From Salpingoeca rosetta (taxonomy: Eukaryota; Protista; Choanoflagellata): 64,000 bases of DNA. Position 1 is the first letter of the stretch. The number at the start of each line of letters is the position of its first letter. The stretch is from positions 290,645 to 354,644 of the forward strand of contig JAWQFM010000020.1 of NCBI GenBank assembly GCA_033442325.1, written 5' to 3'. Made by a program: the position numbers and the translations under genes. Shown piece by piece: positions 42,700 to 62,509 of the stretch. Below the pieces are notes generated by a model. The model was not told the origin of the DNA, searched no databases, and worked only from the letters and a program-made list of their open reading frames with translations.

Positions 42700-44201
42700 A
42701 ACCAGACTACAGAACGTACAAAACACACAAGAACTAGCAGCCGCAGCAACCACTCAGCCCACGCCCTCCCCCCGGGCTAACCGGCTTCCATACGCTTTAT
42801 GTGCTTCGTTGTTTTTTCTCCATCGCTGCGTGGAAAAGGACTTTAAGTGGTTCTGCACGACCAACTTGCCCCCTTCCCCTCTTTTGCTTTCCTCTCAGCT
42901 CAGTCTCCCAACGTGTCTTCTAACGTGTCTTCCTTCAGTCTCCCAATGTGCCTTTACATACTCCTTTTGCCATTTTCAACTGCGTGTCTCGTCAAGTGTC
43001 AGCGTTTCGCTGCTGTGTGTCACATCACTGTTCCCTGCCGTACCTGCCTTATGTTTATCGATTGACTAACTGTCGTGTTGATTTGTGCGTTGTTGTATGC
43101 GAAGGTTCCCCCCCCCCTCTTTCCCCTTCTCAGCTTTCTCTGTACCCCTGTCTTTGTGGTCTGGCTCGTGTTGTGTTCGATTTCCCCACTACGCCCCAAT
43201 CTCTCAACTTGGGCCCATCGGCCTCGTCCTTGTGCTGCTGCCCCTGATTCCGAGGTGTCTTAACTCCCCTGATCGCTTTTCGTTTCACTGCCATCTCCCC
43301 TTTCCTGTCCCCCTGTCCCGACGTCCTCCCCGGCGGTGTCATCAAGACGTCCACATGTGCAGTTCCTGTCGTTGTGTGTGTGTGTGTGCGTGTGCGTTGT
43401 GTGTGTGTGTGCGCGTGTGCGTTGTGTGTGTGTGTGTGTGTTGTGTGGGCGTGTGCTTGTCAGAGGCTTCCTGTCAGCACCCATATGCTCGTTTGTGACA
43501 TGTTAGTTTGTCGAAATCGCTTTCACGTCTGGGTGTCGAATCGCCATTGTCGCTCTCTCCCCTGTGCTGCTTCTCAATTGTCTCTTTGTTCTTGCTTGTT
43601 CTTGCTAGTGTTCTTCGGTTCTTTGTGATAGCTTTGTAATCGCGCGCTCATGGCGAACATGTGCGTGCGTGTGTGCATGCGTGCATGCCAACAGTCGTTT
43701 AGGCCACGTCATCTCACCCTCACCCTGACCCCATGTTGTCATTTTCACATCACTTATCGTCTTCGCCAGCTCACCGTCTCCAACATCATAAACCATCTCA
43801 AGCATAATTTGTTGTGAACCACAAGCAGTGTGTCTGTCTGTGTCTGTCTGTGTGTATGTGGTGTGCGTGTGTCTCTCTGCTTGTGTGTCTGTCTGTCTCT
43901 GTCCCTCTGTCCCTCGGTCTGTTTCTGTCTCTGCGAAGCCAGTGACAGGCATTCAAGTGCGTCGTGTAACCTTCATTCGAACTAAGGCATCAACAACACA
44001 ACACAGCACGAGCAACGCTGGTGGGCGTGTGTAACAAGCAACCTACAACGCAAAGACAGCTGGCCCACACGTGATTGCATGCGAGCAACTGTCACACGCG
44101 CACACATGAGACACCACAACGTACGAAGCCATGCACACGAGTTAACTACAACATCTGCACATGTGCATGTCCCTCCCCCCTCCCATACACACTCTCCGAC
44201 A

Positions 44202-50190
<5,989 letters not shown>

Positions 50191-50689
50191 CACCGTCCTT
50201 GTGTGTGTTGGTGTTGTCGTTTTGCTTCTTGTTTGTTTTGTTGTTTGCTCCTCTTCTTCTTGTGTTGTTTTGCTGGTGTTGTTGTTGTTGTTGTTGTGAG
50301 ATGCCATTGGACACACGAACACCTCCTTCTTGACAACAGCAATCTCACGTCACATTGCAAGCAGGTAAGCAGTTGTATGTCTGCGTCTGTATGTAACGGT
50401 GCATCATAAGCGGCAACAGTCACAGAAAGAAGGACATGGCGCGTTCATGTGCGGGCATTGAGCCAGAAGGTCAGACGGACAGATACACACATGCACACAT
50501 GCACACACGCATACACGCACACACGCACACACGCAATTGCACTTTTACACAGAGCTCTAATTGGAAGCGATATCCTGAACGAAGCACAACAACACCCGAC
50601 AGGATGTGGAACAACTACAGTGGCCTGGTCAGATACAGCACGGCCAAGCAAGGCTTGAATTCAACAAGCAACGACACAGCCTGGCATAG

Positions 50690-52716
50690 TCACCAGAGCG
50701 GCGGGAGCGATGGGTAGGAGCCCGCAGCCTTCATTCTCCAGTACCCGCCTTTGTACACCCACTCCTCACGCACCGTCTCCTGGTGGCGCTTGTCCTTCAG
50801 TGCACTGCAGATCACAGGACAACACAGACAGGGCAGGAGGCAGGCAGTAGCAGCAACGTGGAGTCAGCAACAAGACGCGCGCACGCATGTGTGTGTGTGC
50901 GTGTGTGTGTGTGTGTGCATGTGTGTGTGTGTGTGCGCGCATGTGTGTGTGTGTGTGTGTGTGCGTGGGATACACAATCAGATCGACAGAACCTCACACA
51001 CACGCGCGCGCGCACATTGTCTCACTCCAACACGCAAAGATACGCACAAACGCGCCTTGGCGGTGGTGACACGTACAATGCGACGGTGTGTGGGCGCGGG
51101 ACTGGGAGGCGACAGCAGCGGAAGAAGCGGGGCTCATATCCGGTGTTGGCGGCGGCGCGAGCGGCCCGCGCATCGCGCTGCACTTGCTCAACGCGCTTCT
51201 TCTCTACACGTGGCGTTTGGCATCCGGGGGAGGAGGGTTGAGGCCGTGAGTGGCAAGGGCACAAGCATGTGTGTTGCATGTGTATGTATGTGTGTGTATG
51301 TATGTGTGGTGGTCGTGTGTGCGTGTGTTGTTTGTGTGTGTGTGCGTGTGTTGTTTGTGTGTGTGTGTGTGTGTCTGTCTGTCTGTCTGTCTGTCTGTGT
51401 GTGGGTGTGTTGTTTGTGTGTGTGTGTGTCTGCCTGTCTATCTGTGTGTGTGTGTGTGTGTCTGCCTGTCTATCTGTGTGTGTGTGTGTGTCTGTCTGTC
51501 TGTCTGTCTGTGTGTGGGTGTGTCTGTCTGTCTGTCTGTGTGTGGGTGTGTTGTGGGTGTGGGTGTCTGCCTGTCTATCTGTGTGTCTGTGCGGAATCAC
51601 CTTCTGCTGCTTCATCGTATTGGGCGTTCTCGAGCATGCGCTGATCTGGGCGAAATCTGGCAGACAGCGCAGCATCGGAGGTGGCATGAAACATGAGTGG
51701 AAGGAACTGAGCAAAGTGGTGCGTTCATGACATGATCACAAGCAAGGACAAGCGTCTAACATTCACGTGCCCGCAAGAACATACTGCGCATGCACGCGCA
51801 CGCAGACACGCACGCGCACACATACAACAACAATAACTTACACACCTTCTTCAACAACAACAACAACAACTTACACACCTTCTTAAACAACAACTTTACA
51901 CACCTTCTTAAACAACAACTTAAACAACAACTTCAACAACAACTTAAACAACAACGCGAACAACAACTTAAACAACAACTTAAACAACAACTTAAACAAC
52001 AACGCGAACAACAACTTAAACAACAACAACAACAACAACTTAAACAACAACTTAAACAACAACAACAACAACAACAACAACTTAAACAACAACGTTAAAC
52101 AACAACTTAAACAACAACTTCAACAACAACGCGAACAACAACGCGAACAACAACTTCAACAACAACGCGAACAACAACAACGCGAACAGCAGTTGCAGCA
52201 GCATCGTCATCGTCCCACCGTGAGTCTGAGGGGAGGAGGCGAGCGTACTGCTGCGAATCTTGTGGCGGCAGCTCGTTCAGTCGACACGCAAACGCACTGA
52301 ACCCAAAGCCGTGGTCAAGCGCAGCTGGTGGTGGGTTGTGATGATGGTAGTGGGTTGTGGTTGTCAAATACAGTGTGTGGGATAATTGTGAACGAGTGAG
52401 AGCGCGCATCCGCATGGGGTTGCAAATGTGAGACAGCAGACATGTGGCGAAGAGCAAGAACAGGCAGGACGGCAGCAGGTGGGCGTGTGCACGGTCGGTG
52501 TACCCTGCGATGGCGGCTCGTTGGTCCACAGCACCTCCCCGGTTTGATCGCACACAATCTGCACCACGGTCCACACAGCACAAGCAGCAACGCAACCACA
52601 AGTGGCAGCAAAACGGGATCAGTTGAGGAAAGCCGCAAGTGTGTGTGTGCATGTGTGTGCGTGTGCGTGTGTGCATGCGTGTGCGTGTGTGTGTGTGTGT
52701 GTGAACGTGTGTGTGT

Positions 52717-52757
<41 letters not shown>

Positions 52758-54784
52758 CGTGTGCGGTCGGACGGCTGACCTGTTCTGTCCATTTGCCGGA
52801 GAACGATGCAACGGGCCTCTTTGGCGCCGCTGCCGTGAGCACCTGCCCGCGAACATTGAACTTCTTCTTCTTCGACATCACAGAGTACTGCTGGAACTCG
52901 ACCTATGTGGCACAGGGAGCGTGTGTGAGTGTATGAGTGTGCATGCGTGCGTGCGTGCGTGCGTGTGCGTGTGCGCATACGTGTGCATACGTGTGCATAC
53001 GTGTGCATGTGTGTGTATGTGTCACTGCACGCATGCAAGGAGCTAAATGCGGAGAGGGCAGCCATCAGGGACAAGGGTGGGATTGCATGTGCACAAAAAG
53101 AATGGAGGGAAGAATGTGAATGGAACGATTGTGCGTGCGTGCACTTTACCAGGCAGACGTCGCCGGAGTTGAGGCACGTGACAACAAGCTTGCCGTGGTG
53201 GTCAACCCACTTCTTCCCTACAGCAACAATGCAGAGGGCGTGCAAGGGGTGGGGACAGTGCGTGGTAGCACGGACGTTACTGGATGTGGTTTTCAGCGAG
53301 CAAACAGAGGCAAGCCGCTGCGATCCCAGCACAACAGCAATGGCAGTAGAAGCAGCAGCAGCAGAAGAAGGGAAAGGGACAAGAACAAGCAGAAGAACCA
53401 TAAGAAGATGAATCTCCAGCAGCAGCACCACCACCACAACCAACACGACCAACAAGACCAACACGACCAACACGACCAACACGAGGTAACCACAGCTGCG
53501 GGTCTGCTGCTACCTGACAGGACGTCCTCCACGGTGGTGGTGACTTTGCTCCACTCGTACGTCTCATCGTGTGCATGCAGCTTCACACGCACAAACCCGT
53601 GCGGCACAATCTTCAGAGAGGAAGGCCTGCACATTGTGTTATGGAACGTGGTGTGAATGCGCGTGTCAACGATGGACGGTCGTCATGGGTTGGTGTACAG
53701 CTCATGGTGTTCAAGGCACATGCCATACGGAGCGGGGAGAGATAGAGAAACACGCACACACAAGTGTCAACAAACGCCACACACACACGCACACATGCAC
53801 ACACACATGCACACACACATGCACACACACACACGCACGCACACGCACGCACACACGCACACGCACACGCACACGCACACGCACACGCACACATGCACAC
53901 GCACACATGCACACACACACGCACACACACACACACACGAACACACACACACACACGAACACACGCACATGCGCACGCACACGCACACGCACACACACAT
54001 AGACGTGCGCCACTGACCGCATGCTGGTCTTGGCGCCAGCCTCCTGGTAAAGGGTCCAGTGCTTCGACTCTGCAACGCCGACGGAGATGGGTGGATGGTG
54101 GGAGACCTGCTCTGCGATGAAGCGGAACCCGCGGTCGGGAAGCACGGCGTCGAACGTCTCGCCGAGGATTGGGTTGAACGGCTTGCGGCCGCTGCGGTAG
54201 GCAGTCTGCCCATACATGGACACGGCAAACGCGCCAACCAGCAGCAAACGCTGGTGCGGCGAGTCCTCAATGCTGGCCTGGTCCAAGAGGTGGCTGTGCT
54301 CCGCTTCCTCGCACAGCCTCTGCAGGGCTGACAGCGGCTCGTTGAAGGTCACCGGCATGGAGATGTGTGACATGCGCTTGCCGGCGTTCTTGCGAAGCAC
54401 GGACCACATGCTCTGGTCCTTGGCATTGTGCACGCGCGGTACGGGCAGCGATGTGCGGTGATGGGGCGTGTCTGTCTCCATGGCCCAGCGCAGCGTATCC
54501 ATGACGTCCTCATCGGCTTCAGCCTCCACGGGTCCTTCCTCCACCACAGCATCCTCCAGTGGCTCCTCCTCCTCTTCTTCCTCCTCCTCCTCGCCTTCCT
54601 GCTCCTCACTTGCTTTGCGACGACGACCTCGACCGTGCATGCCGCCGTTGCCGTTCTCGTCCACTGACGTTGCCAACAGCACCTCCTCCTCCTCTTCTAC
54701 CACCACCTGTTCCCTCACCACCACCACCTCTTCCTCTTCCACCTCCACATCATACCCCACGTCTCGCTTCTTCTGATCGCTCAT
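50690..54784 (-). CDS. Oxysterol-binding protein-related protein, ORD-only with an acidic N-terminus
   Basis: [39 protein letters not shown] signature, LLPSDSR..PD, ends [11 protein letters not shown]...LPPLW*. Confidence 0.93.
51826..52190. repeat. Compound (CAA)n-derived 12-bp-register repeat (aacaacaactta / aacaacaacgcg) in an ORP intron
   Basis: Units visible directly in the sequence. Confidence 0.9.
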
Positions 54785-54922
54785 CGTCGTTGATGTTGAC
54801 GAAATTCATTGCTGTTCGCTCGCAACGACACCCAATACACCCACCACAAGACACACGCACACACGCACACATCATCATCATCATCATCACAGCAGCAGCA
54901 GCAGCAGCAGGCGCAGCTAGCA

Positions 54923-56269
54923 ATGGGGAAGCACGGCCGCAACCAGACAGCCAACCCTGTCTACACCTACCATGAACGCCAGAAGGACAAGAGTACGCCC
55001 GATCCCTCTCTCTTGCCGTGCTTACTGCTGTTGTTGCCTGTTGTGTGAGGGTTGTGTGGTGGATGGCGCAAGCATCTCCCATGTGCTTCCGTGCTTGCTG
55101 TGGCCGTGTTATCGGTCATGATGCTGCTCATGATGCTGCTCATGATACTGCTCATGGTACTGCTGGTGGTGTGCAGAACAACAAAAGTATGGCAGGCTAT
55201 CGCAGCGCCTCGGCGCAGACAGCATGAGGGTGAGCGCGCACGTGTGTGTCTGTTTGTGCCTGTGTGCCTGGGTGTGGGTATGTATGTATGTGTACGTATG
55301 TGTATGTGTGTCTGTGTATGTGCATGTGCATGTGTATGTACGTATGTGTATGTGTGTGAGAGTGTGTGTGTATGTGTGTATGTGTGTGTGTCTCTCTGTC
55401 TGTCTCTCTGTGTGTCAATCTGCACGTTCGTGCAATGCTTAGGGTTGACGTCCATTCGCTCTGTCATCAGCTGCAACCACAGCTCCACAACAGCTCACAT
55501 CACCAACGCACCCGCTTCGCTTTAACACACTGCATGAGCAGGAAGTGGACTGCTGCTACTTGTCCCTGCAGCCTGTCGTCGATGCTGTCATCACGTACGT
55601 ACACACCAGGCACGCACTCACTCACATTGTCACATTGCACACACTCACACATTGCGCACACTCACACTCACACTCTCACGTATGCTGCGTTGACAGGCCT
55701 GACGGCTACTTGTTTGAGCGGGAAGCCATCTTGGAGAACCTGCTCCATCAGAAACAAGAGAGTGCGTTGCTTTGCTTGCTGCGCCTGTGTATGTCTCTGC
55801 CCATCTGTCTTTCTCCTTGTCTCTCTGTCTTTCTTCGTGCCTGCTCACACACACACACACACACACACACCTTCGTTCTGCCCCTTGGTTGGCCATCTCG
55901 ATACGTCCTCACGCGTACATGACCACAGCTGCCCGGAAGAAGCGCGCGTATGAGCTGCAGCTCAAGAAAGAGAAAGAAGAGGAGAAGGAACTGCAGGAAG
56001 CCGCCAAGCGCGACCAAGTCACGGTACATATGTGTGTGTGTGTGTGTCAGCCTGTAGGTTTGTGTCTTGGTAGCTGTACTTGCCTGTCCATTTGCCTTTC
56101 AGCCCTTCAATTCGCCCGAATCAATGCATATCTCGGCGCATGTGTGCCTTCACCCACGACACCACCACTGCAGCGGTTCAAGTCCACGGAGTCCAGCATC
56201 GCGTACTCTGCGCGCGACCACTTCAAGACAGACAACAAAAAGGTGACACCGCCTGCTCTTTTGTGAATA

Positions 56270-56331
<62 letters not shown>

Positions 56332-56980
56332 TGCATGTGTGTGCGTGCGTGTGCGTTCACCTGGGGTGCAATGCAGCATGTACACTGTTCCCCCCTCCCA
56401 CATCATCGTCATCATGCTCACTACTTCTGCTCCTTCGCGTGTACGTGCTTGCTGGTGATGAACTTAGGGCGGCCACGCAACGGCAGCGCTTGAGGTTCTG
56501 TGACATGTGCATGTATGTGGGTGCATGTGTGCGCGTTTCCATCCATCCACCTGCCTGTACATCTGAACATTCAACTTTTTCGACTTTGCATGTGCTGCCA
56601 TTTGACTACACTGACATACTCCCTCTCTTGCTCGTATCGCCACCGCCACCGCCACCGCCGTGTACAGGCTGCGAAGAAGTTCACGGTGAAGAGGGCGAAG
56701 GGCGACGTCAACCCGGACCACCCGGCATTCTGGTGAACGCGCACGCGCACACACACACACACACACATACACACACACACACACACATTCACACACACAC
56801 ACACACATACGCACACATGTGGCCACGGTGCCTGTGCAGTTGTATGTCAGCACACAATCTCGCACACGAATGTACACTCACGCCCGTGCACGTGTACCGT
56901 GCACGTGTACACATAGGGTGCCGTCCGCAACGCCAGACGCAAAGTCGTCCAAGCTCACAAAACCGGTCAGAGCGGATAGC

Positions 56981-57027
<47 letters not shown>

Positions 57028-57342
57028 GGCTGCGTTCCTCGTTCACGCGCCTGCTGCTGCGGTGCTTCGTCTTGTATGATCTTGAACAGGACACCAAAAC
57101 GCGCTGCCCCATCACAAACAAGCCCCTCAAGCTCAAGGTGTGAAGGAACTTTGTATGTGTGTGTGTGTGTGGTTGTAATGTGTTGCAGTTCTGGCAGTTT
57201 GGTTGTTCTCTCACCCTACTCCAATTGCCGTTCATGTGATTGGCTTTTTGCACGTGTGCACAGCAATTGATTCCAGTGAAGTTCACACAAGTTAACCCAG
57301 ACTCAAAGCAGCCAATTGTCGCGCGAGAGGTGAGAGTGATCC

Positions 57343-57411
<69 letters not shown>

Positions 57412-57632
57412 CAGTCATGACTGCGGGTGCAAGAGTGATGCTCACATCGAACTGAGACGCTGAATTGCACTGGTTCGACGTGCATCGGCCTCTCCTCATC
57501 ACGCCGCAATCCCTTCCTCCCTGTTTATGTTACGGGCGTCGCTGTTGTTGACAGGACCGCTACATGTGCCCCGTCACCCGCACCTCGTTCAAGGGAAACA
57601 TCCAGCTCGTCGCCATCAAACCAACGTAAGCC

Positions 57633-57686
<54 letters not shown>

Positions 57687-58234
57687 ATTTGTGTCTGTTT
57701 GTGTGCGGGTGTGCGGGTGTCCATTTTTTTCCGTTTGCCTTCTGCTTTTGTTTCTCTTTGCATCTGTCTCCAACCTACTTGTATTGTCAACTCTTCCAAT
57801 TCTGTGTGCGCCCGCCCCTCTGCTCACCGCGCCTCCACGCGTCACAACCGCCACCACCACCACCACCATGCACGCGCACGTGTGTGTACGTTTTGCAAGG
57901 GGCCGTGTTGTGAGCCAGGAGTGCATTGACAAGATTGTGCGCAAGGACATGCGTGATCCAATCAGCGGCGAACCGCTCACCGAGGCAGACCTCATTCCGC
58001 TCAAGAAGGTGCTCGTCATGTGCTGTCGTTTTGATGGTTTAATGCTGTGTCTGCGTGCTTGTGGTTGTGCTTGCTTGCTGATGTACTGCTGCTGTTTTCC
58101 ACTTGGCTCGCCCCAATCACCCACTCACACTCCACCGCCGCCACCACATCCACATCCAGGGCGCGTCGGGGTTTGCCGCTTCTGGCCATGCGCTGCAAGC
58201 AAGCAAGCAAAACGCAACGCAGACCGTCACTTAA
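54923..58234 (+). CDS. NOSIP: Nitric oxide synthase-interacting protein (U-box/RING spliceosome factor)
   Basis: MGKHGRNQTANPVYTYHER; RLGADSM...DCCYLSLQP...PDGYLFEREAILENLLHQK; PAFWVPSATP; CPITNKPLKLKQLIPVKFT; RYMCPVT; VVSQECIDKIVRKDMRDPISG; GASGFA. Confidence 0.95.
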
Positions 58235-58428
58235 CACGCACACAACCCATCCTCCCCCATCTCCTACACTCTACATCTTGGGTTCATTTGTATCTGCTTT
58301 TGCCTGCATGCATTCATCTTGGTTGAGATCGCGATGGGGAGCGCGATGTAGAATGAAAAGGAAGAACAACCACCTCGGGACAACCGAGCATTCGTGATAT
58401 GCAATGACAAGGGGGGAGGGGGTGCACG

Positions 58429-58529
<101 letters not shown>

Positions 58530-58532
58530 GTG

Positions 58533-58838
58533 TCATCTGCTTGTGCCTGCATGCAAGGAGGTGTGGCTGCGATAGTACTCGTGCAGCCGGCGCCAGTGCG
58601 CCCTGAGCGGGCCCCATTTGCTCATGGGTGTGATGCGTCGATTGGCAAGTATGGTGGCCTCCGCCGCCTCTGGTGTCAACTGCTGGTGTCGCACGAGCCA
58701 CGCAGCCACAACCATAGGGGCACGGCCCTTCCCGCCGTTGCAATGCACATACACCGCACTGTTGGTGACAAGCAATGAAGGAAAGAACAAACAAGACACA
58801 GTGGCAGCTGTCAGCGTGAGTGCTGCACACACACACAC

Positions 58839-58877
<39 letters not shown>

Positions 58878-59536
58878 CATACTCTCGCTCACACACACAC
58901 ACACTCTCTCTCACTCTCACATGCACAGAAGTACAGATAGACGCAGCATGGTGTGTGCGTGAGATGTTTATGGTACTTGTATTAGCGGCAGAACATCAGA
59001 CCTCACCCGTGCTGTCTGTGCTGTTCAATGAAGTTGACGCCGAGCTGAATGGAGGAAAGCGAGGGACAGCTGTAGTCTGGGGTAGGAAGGTTCAGCCTCA
59101 CAATCTTCTCTTCCACAAACGCCTGCACATTCACGTACTGCTCCCACGGCTGCGTCATGTCGACAATGGCAACAGCATTGTGCTCCTGTCACGTGGATGT
59201 GCAACGTGAGTGGCAAATCAGGTGGCGGGGTAAAAGATCGGTCGAATGTACAGCAGCAGCCATCGCAGCAACGACGGCAGCGGTAGAAGCAGTAAGTGGT
59301 ACCTCCTGAAGTTTCCGGATGTCAGCGACTGAACGCGGCAAGCGGCCGAGCAGCACGTTCTCTGTGATGGTGTTGTAGTTGAAGGGACGCCCGCCTTGAA
59401 GCCAAACGATGATCTCGCGCGGGAATCGGATGAATCGCGCAAAGAGATTGGCCAGCCAAGGCGGGGCAACTCCAGTCAGGCATAGCACAGTGACAAGCAC
59501 CGCCAGCCCAGCGATAAGACTGACTTCTCCTGTCAT
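58533..59536 (-). CDS. PTPMT1-like dual-specificity/phosphatidylglycerophosphate phosphatase (3 exons)
   Basis: YNTITENVLLGRLP; LNLPTPDYSCPS; VYVHCNGGKGRAPMVVAAWL (HCx5R); N-terminal hydrophobic segment. Confidence 0.8.
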
Positions 59537-59544
59537 TGGTGTAG

Positions 59545-59581
<37 letters not shown>

Positions 59582-60055
59582 CGTGTGTATGTATGTGCGT
59601 GCATCATGGGGTGCGCTTGTTGACAGTTTGTTGGTATTCAACCTTGTGTGTCCATGTAGGCACGAATTGGCACACATGTGTGCACACCATGGAACTCCAC
59701 ACGGTATACACCCCGCCCTCCCCACTCCACCTGTCCCTTGCTTACTTGCCCGCTCGTTTGCGTGCGTGCGTGCGTGCATGTGTGTGTGTGTGTGTGTGTG
59801 GACTTACCGACGAAGCCCGACGTGGCGTATGCCACCACCATCATCGCACACACCACACCACCAAACACTCGCAGCCCAAGCGCCATCCACAGCTGCTGTT
59901 ACGGAAATTTATTGCAAAATATACATAGAATCCACAGGAAGGACAGCCACAACAACAAAACGGTGTCTTGCTTGTTGCACTTCACAATCATCCACACCAC
60001 GCTTATCTCAACCTGTGTCACATGTGCCACGCTTGCTCGTTCGCTGCCGCAATGG

Positions 60056-62468
60056 TCACTCCAAGGAGTGGAGGACTCGGGTTGAGCGCACTCGCGCCTG
60101 GCGCTGAATTGTCGTCGTATCGTTGACAATGCACCTGTTATCGATCCAGTGGATGCGTGAGTGGCAAAGATCCACGCTTTCGCAACAACTCTGTCACCAG
60201 TCATCCAATAGCTAACCGCGCACAACGCGTCAAAAGCACACACACACACAAAACACACACGAACAGACATGCGCAACAAACAAAACTGCTCTCGCGTTGA
60301 GACTCACTTGCAGTTGCATTCAGCCGCTGCACACGTCGTGTTGGCGGAGAACCATTGCAGGAGATGGTTTGCGTGACCGCCGTGGCCACACACCTGGCAA
60401 ATACCACCCGTGCAAATTACCATGCGGAGTGCAAATCAACTGCAGCGAGGTGCGAGTCATGGCATATGCACGTGCAATCGTGCACGCTCACGTACTCCCA
60501 AACGCACACGCACACATACTCATGCGCAACAGCACACAAACACGTACATGCACATAAAATCATGCGCAACAGCACACATAGATACGTACACGTACACTCA
60601 TGCACACATACACATGCGTACATGCAGGTGCATGAAAGCGTACCTGGCACCATGTGAACATGGCTGGGGCAAGCGGCGCCTGACCTTCGCGGCCATGTCG
60701 TGATCCCACATCAAACGACCCCGTTGCCTACGCAGCATAGATTCGACCGAAGAAACAAAAGCAGCAACAAAAGAGGAACGTGTGATGTGAGACCTCGCAA
60801 GATCACACGCGCGCGCACACGCACACACGCACACACGCACACACGCACACACGCACACACGCACACACGCACACACACACACACACAAATGCTCAGTTGG
60901 CGAGTGCATTCGTGCAGCAGCACTGGTGATAGCAACCGTGCACAGGACACAGTACTGCACACTTGAAAGCACACACGCACACACACACACACACACACAA
61001 CGACGCACCACAGCGTTGATGGTCATGCGCGTTGCGCACACGACACATGTCTGCAAGGGGGCGTGGCACTCCTGGCAGTTGCGTTTGAGCACGGCGCGGA
61101 CAGTACGCAGGCGACGGGCACCAGCCATGCACTTGTTGCAGTGCTGGCACCGGAGCACAACGGAGCGCGGCGGCGCTGCGCCTGATCGCGTGTCCACAAC
61201 CTTTGTGATGAGCGAATCAAACTCCGCCCGGTGCGAGAACATCTGCCACCGATCAAGCAGGTCGCGGTACTCATCAAACCTGTAGATGCGTGCGCGTGTG
61301 TGTGCGCGTGTGCGTATGTGTGTGTGTGTGTGTGTGTGCGTATATGTGTGTGTGAGTTGCGCATGCGCGCGTGAGTGAGTTCCGTGAGTTGCGTGTGCGT
61401 AGACAGTTACGTGTAGCCATGCAATGTGCCTGAAACCGCATTCTCACGCATGCAGACACAACACCATGCAGGCGCACACAAATCCACACGCATGGCCGTA
61501 CTGACCACTCGTCTGTGCGGTCGTCTGTGAGCACGTGCTTCTTTCTCCCGCCAGAGAGAATGTGTGGCGGGCGGCCAATGCAGTGCGCAGCGACCAGACA
61601 CACCGTCTGCAGGTCATGTGTTCGGTCGAGGAACTGTTGCAGCAGCTCAATGCTCGCTGGCGGTGTTGATTGGTCGCGGTGGGTGAGCATGGCAGCAGTG
61701 GTTGGCGTGCGGTGGTTGTGCATGTGCGCGCACGTGGGCGTGAGGGTATGCATGTGGGAGTGAGGGGATGAAAGCAGACTAGACAGACACACATGTAGAG
61801 AGAGAGAAGCAGATCTTGTGTCTGCATTGGGGCTTTAAGCACAGGGCGTGCACACGTGCGAGTGCTTCGTTACCATCTGAGACGCCCGTGAAGATAAGGC
61901 CGTGCAGAAATCCTCCAGTAATCATCTCCTACACACACATACACACATGTACACACACGCGCATACACACGCGCATGCACACACACACGCACACACATAC
62001 AGATGCATGCACGGTCACATTCACACACAAGTGCTTGTGAGTCCGGAGGCAAGGTCTGCCAAAGCAAGACGATGACATGCCAGCGGTACCAGAAGCGGGG
62101 CGTGAACAAAACATGTGTGTGTGTGTGTGCTCCACGCAAAACATGTGCCTGCAAGCGAGCACGGACGTTTGTGATGGCTTCGAGCTGTGCTTCGAGAGCA
62201 AGGGTGTCGTCTTGAAAGCGCAGCAGGAACGCGGCGCGATCGGCCACATGCATCTCTTTGTTCTTGGTCACGGCCTGCTCAATTGGTGGCAACAGCAGTT
62301 TGCGGTGAATGGGTACTATGCAGCAAGACAAACACAAGCACGCACACAAACGAGAGAGACGGTGTGTGGATGTGTGTGTTGCTGCTGTGTGTGTATGTGT
62401 ATGTGTGTCGCTGTGTGTGTATGTGTATGTGTGTCGCTGTGTGTGTGTCGCTGTGTGTGTGTGTGTTG

Positions 62469-62509
<41 letters not shown>

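Noticed and set aside
42500-44200. Possible extra gene or ncRNA between convergent genes
   Set aside because: Pyrimidine- and TG-rich UTR-like sequence with no consistent exon chain or recognisable RNA structure.
51826-52190. Possible CRISPR-like or telomeric array
   Set aside because: No unique spacers, no fixed repeat and no TTAGGG; it is a degenerate (CAA)n in a eukaryotic intron.
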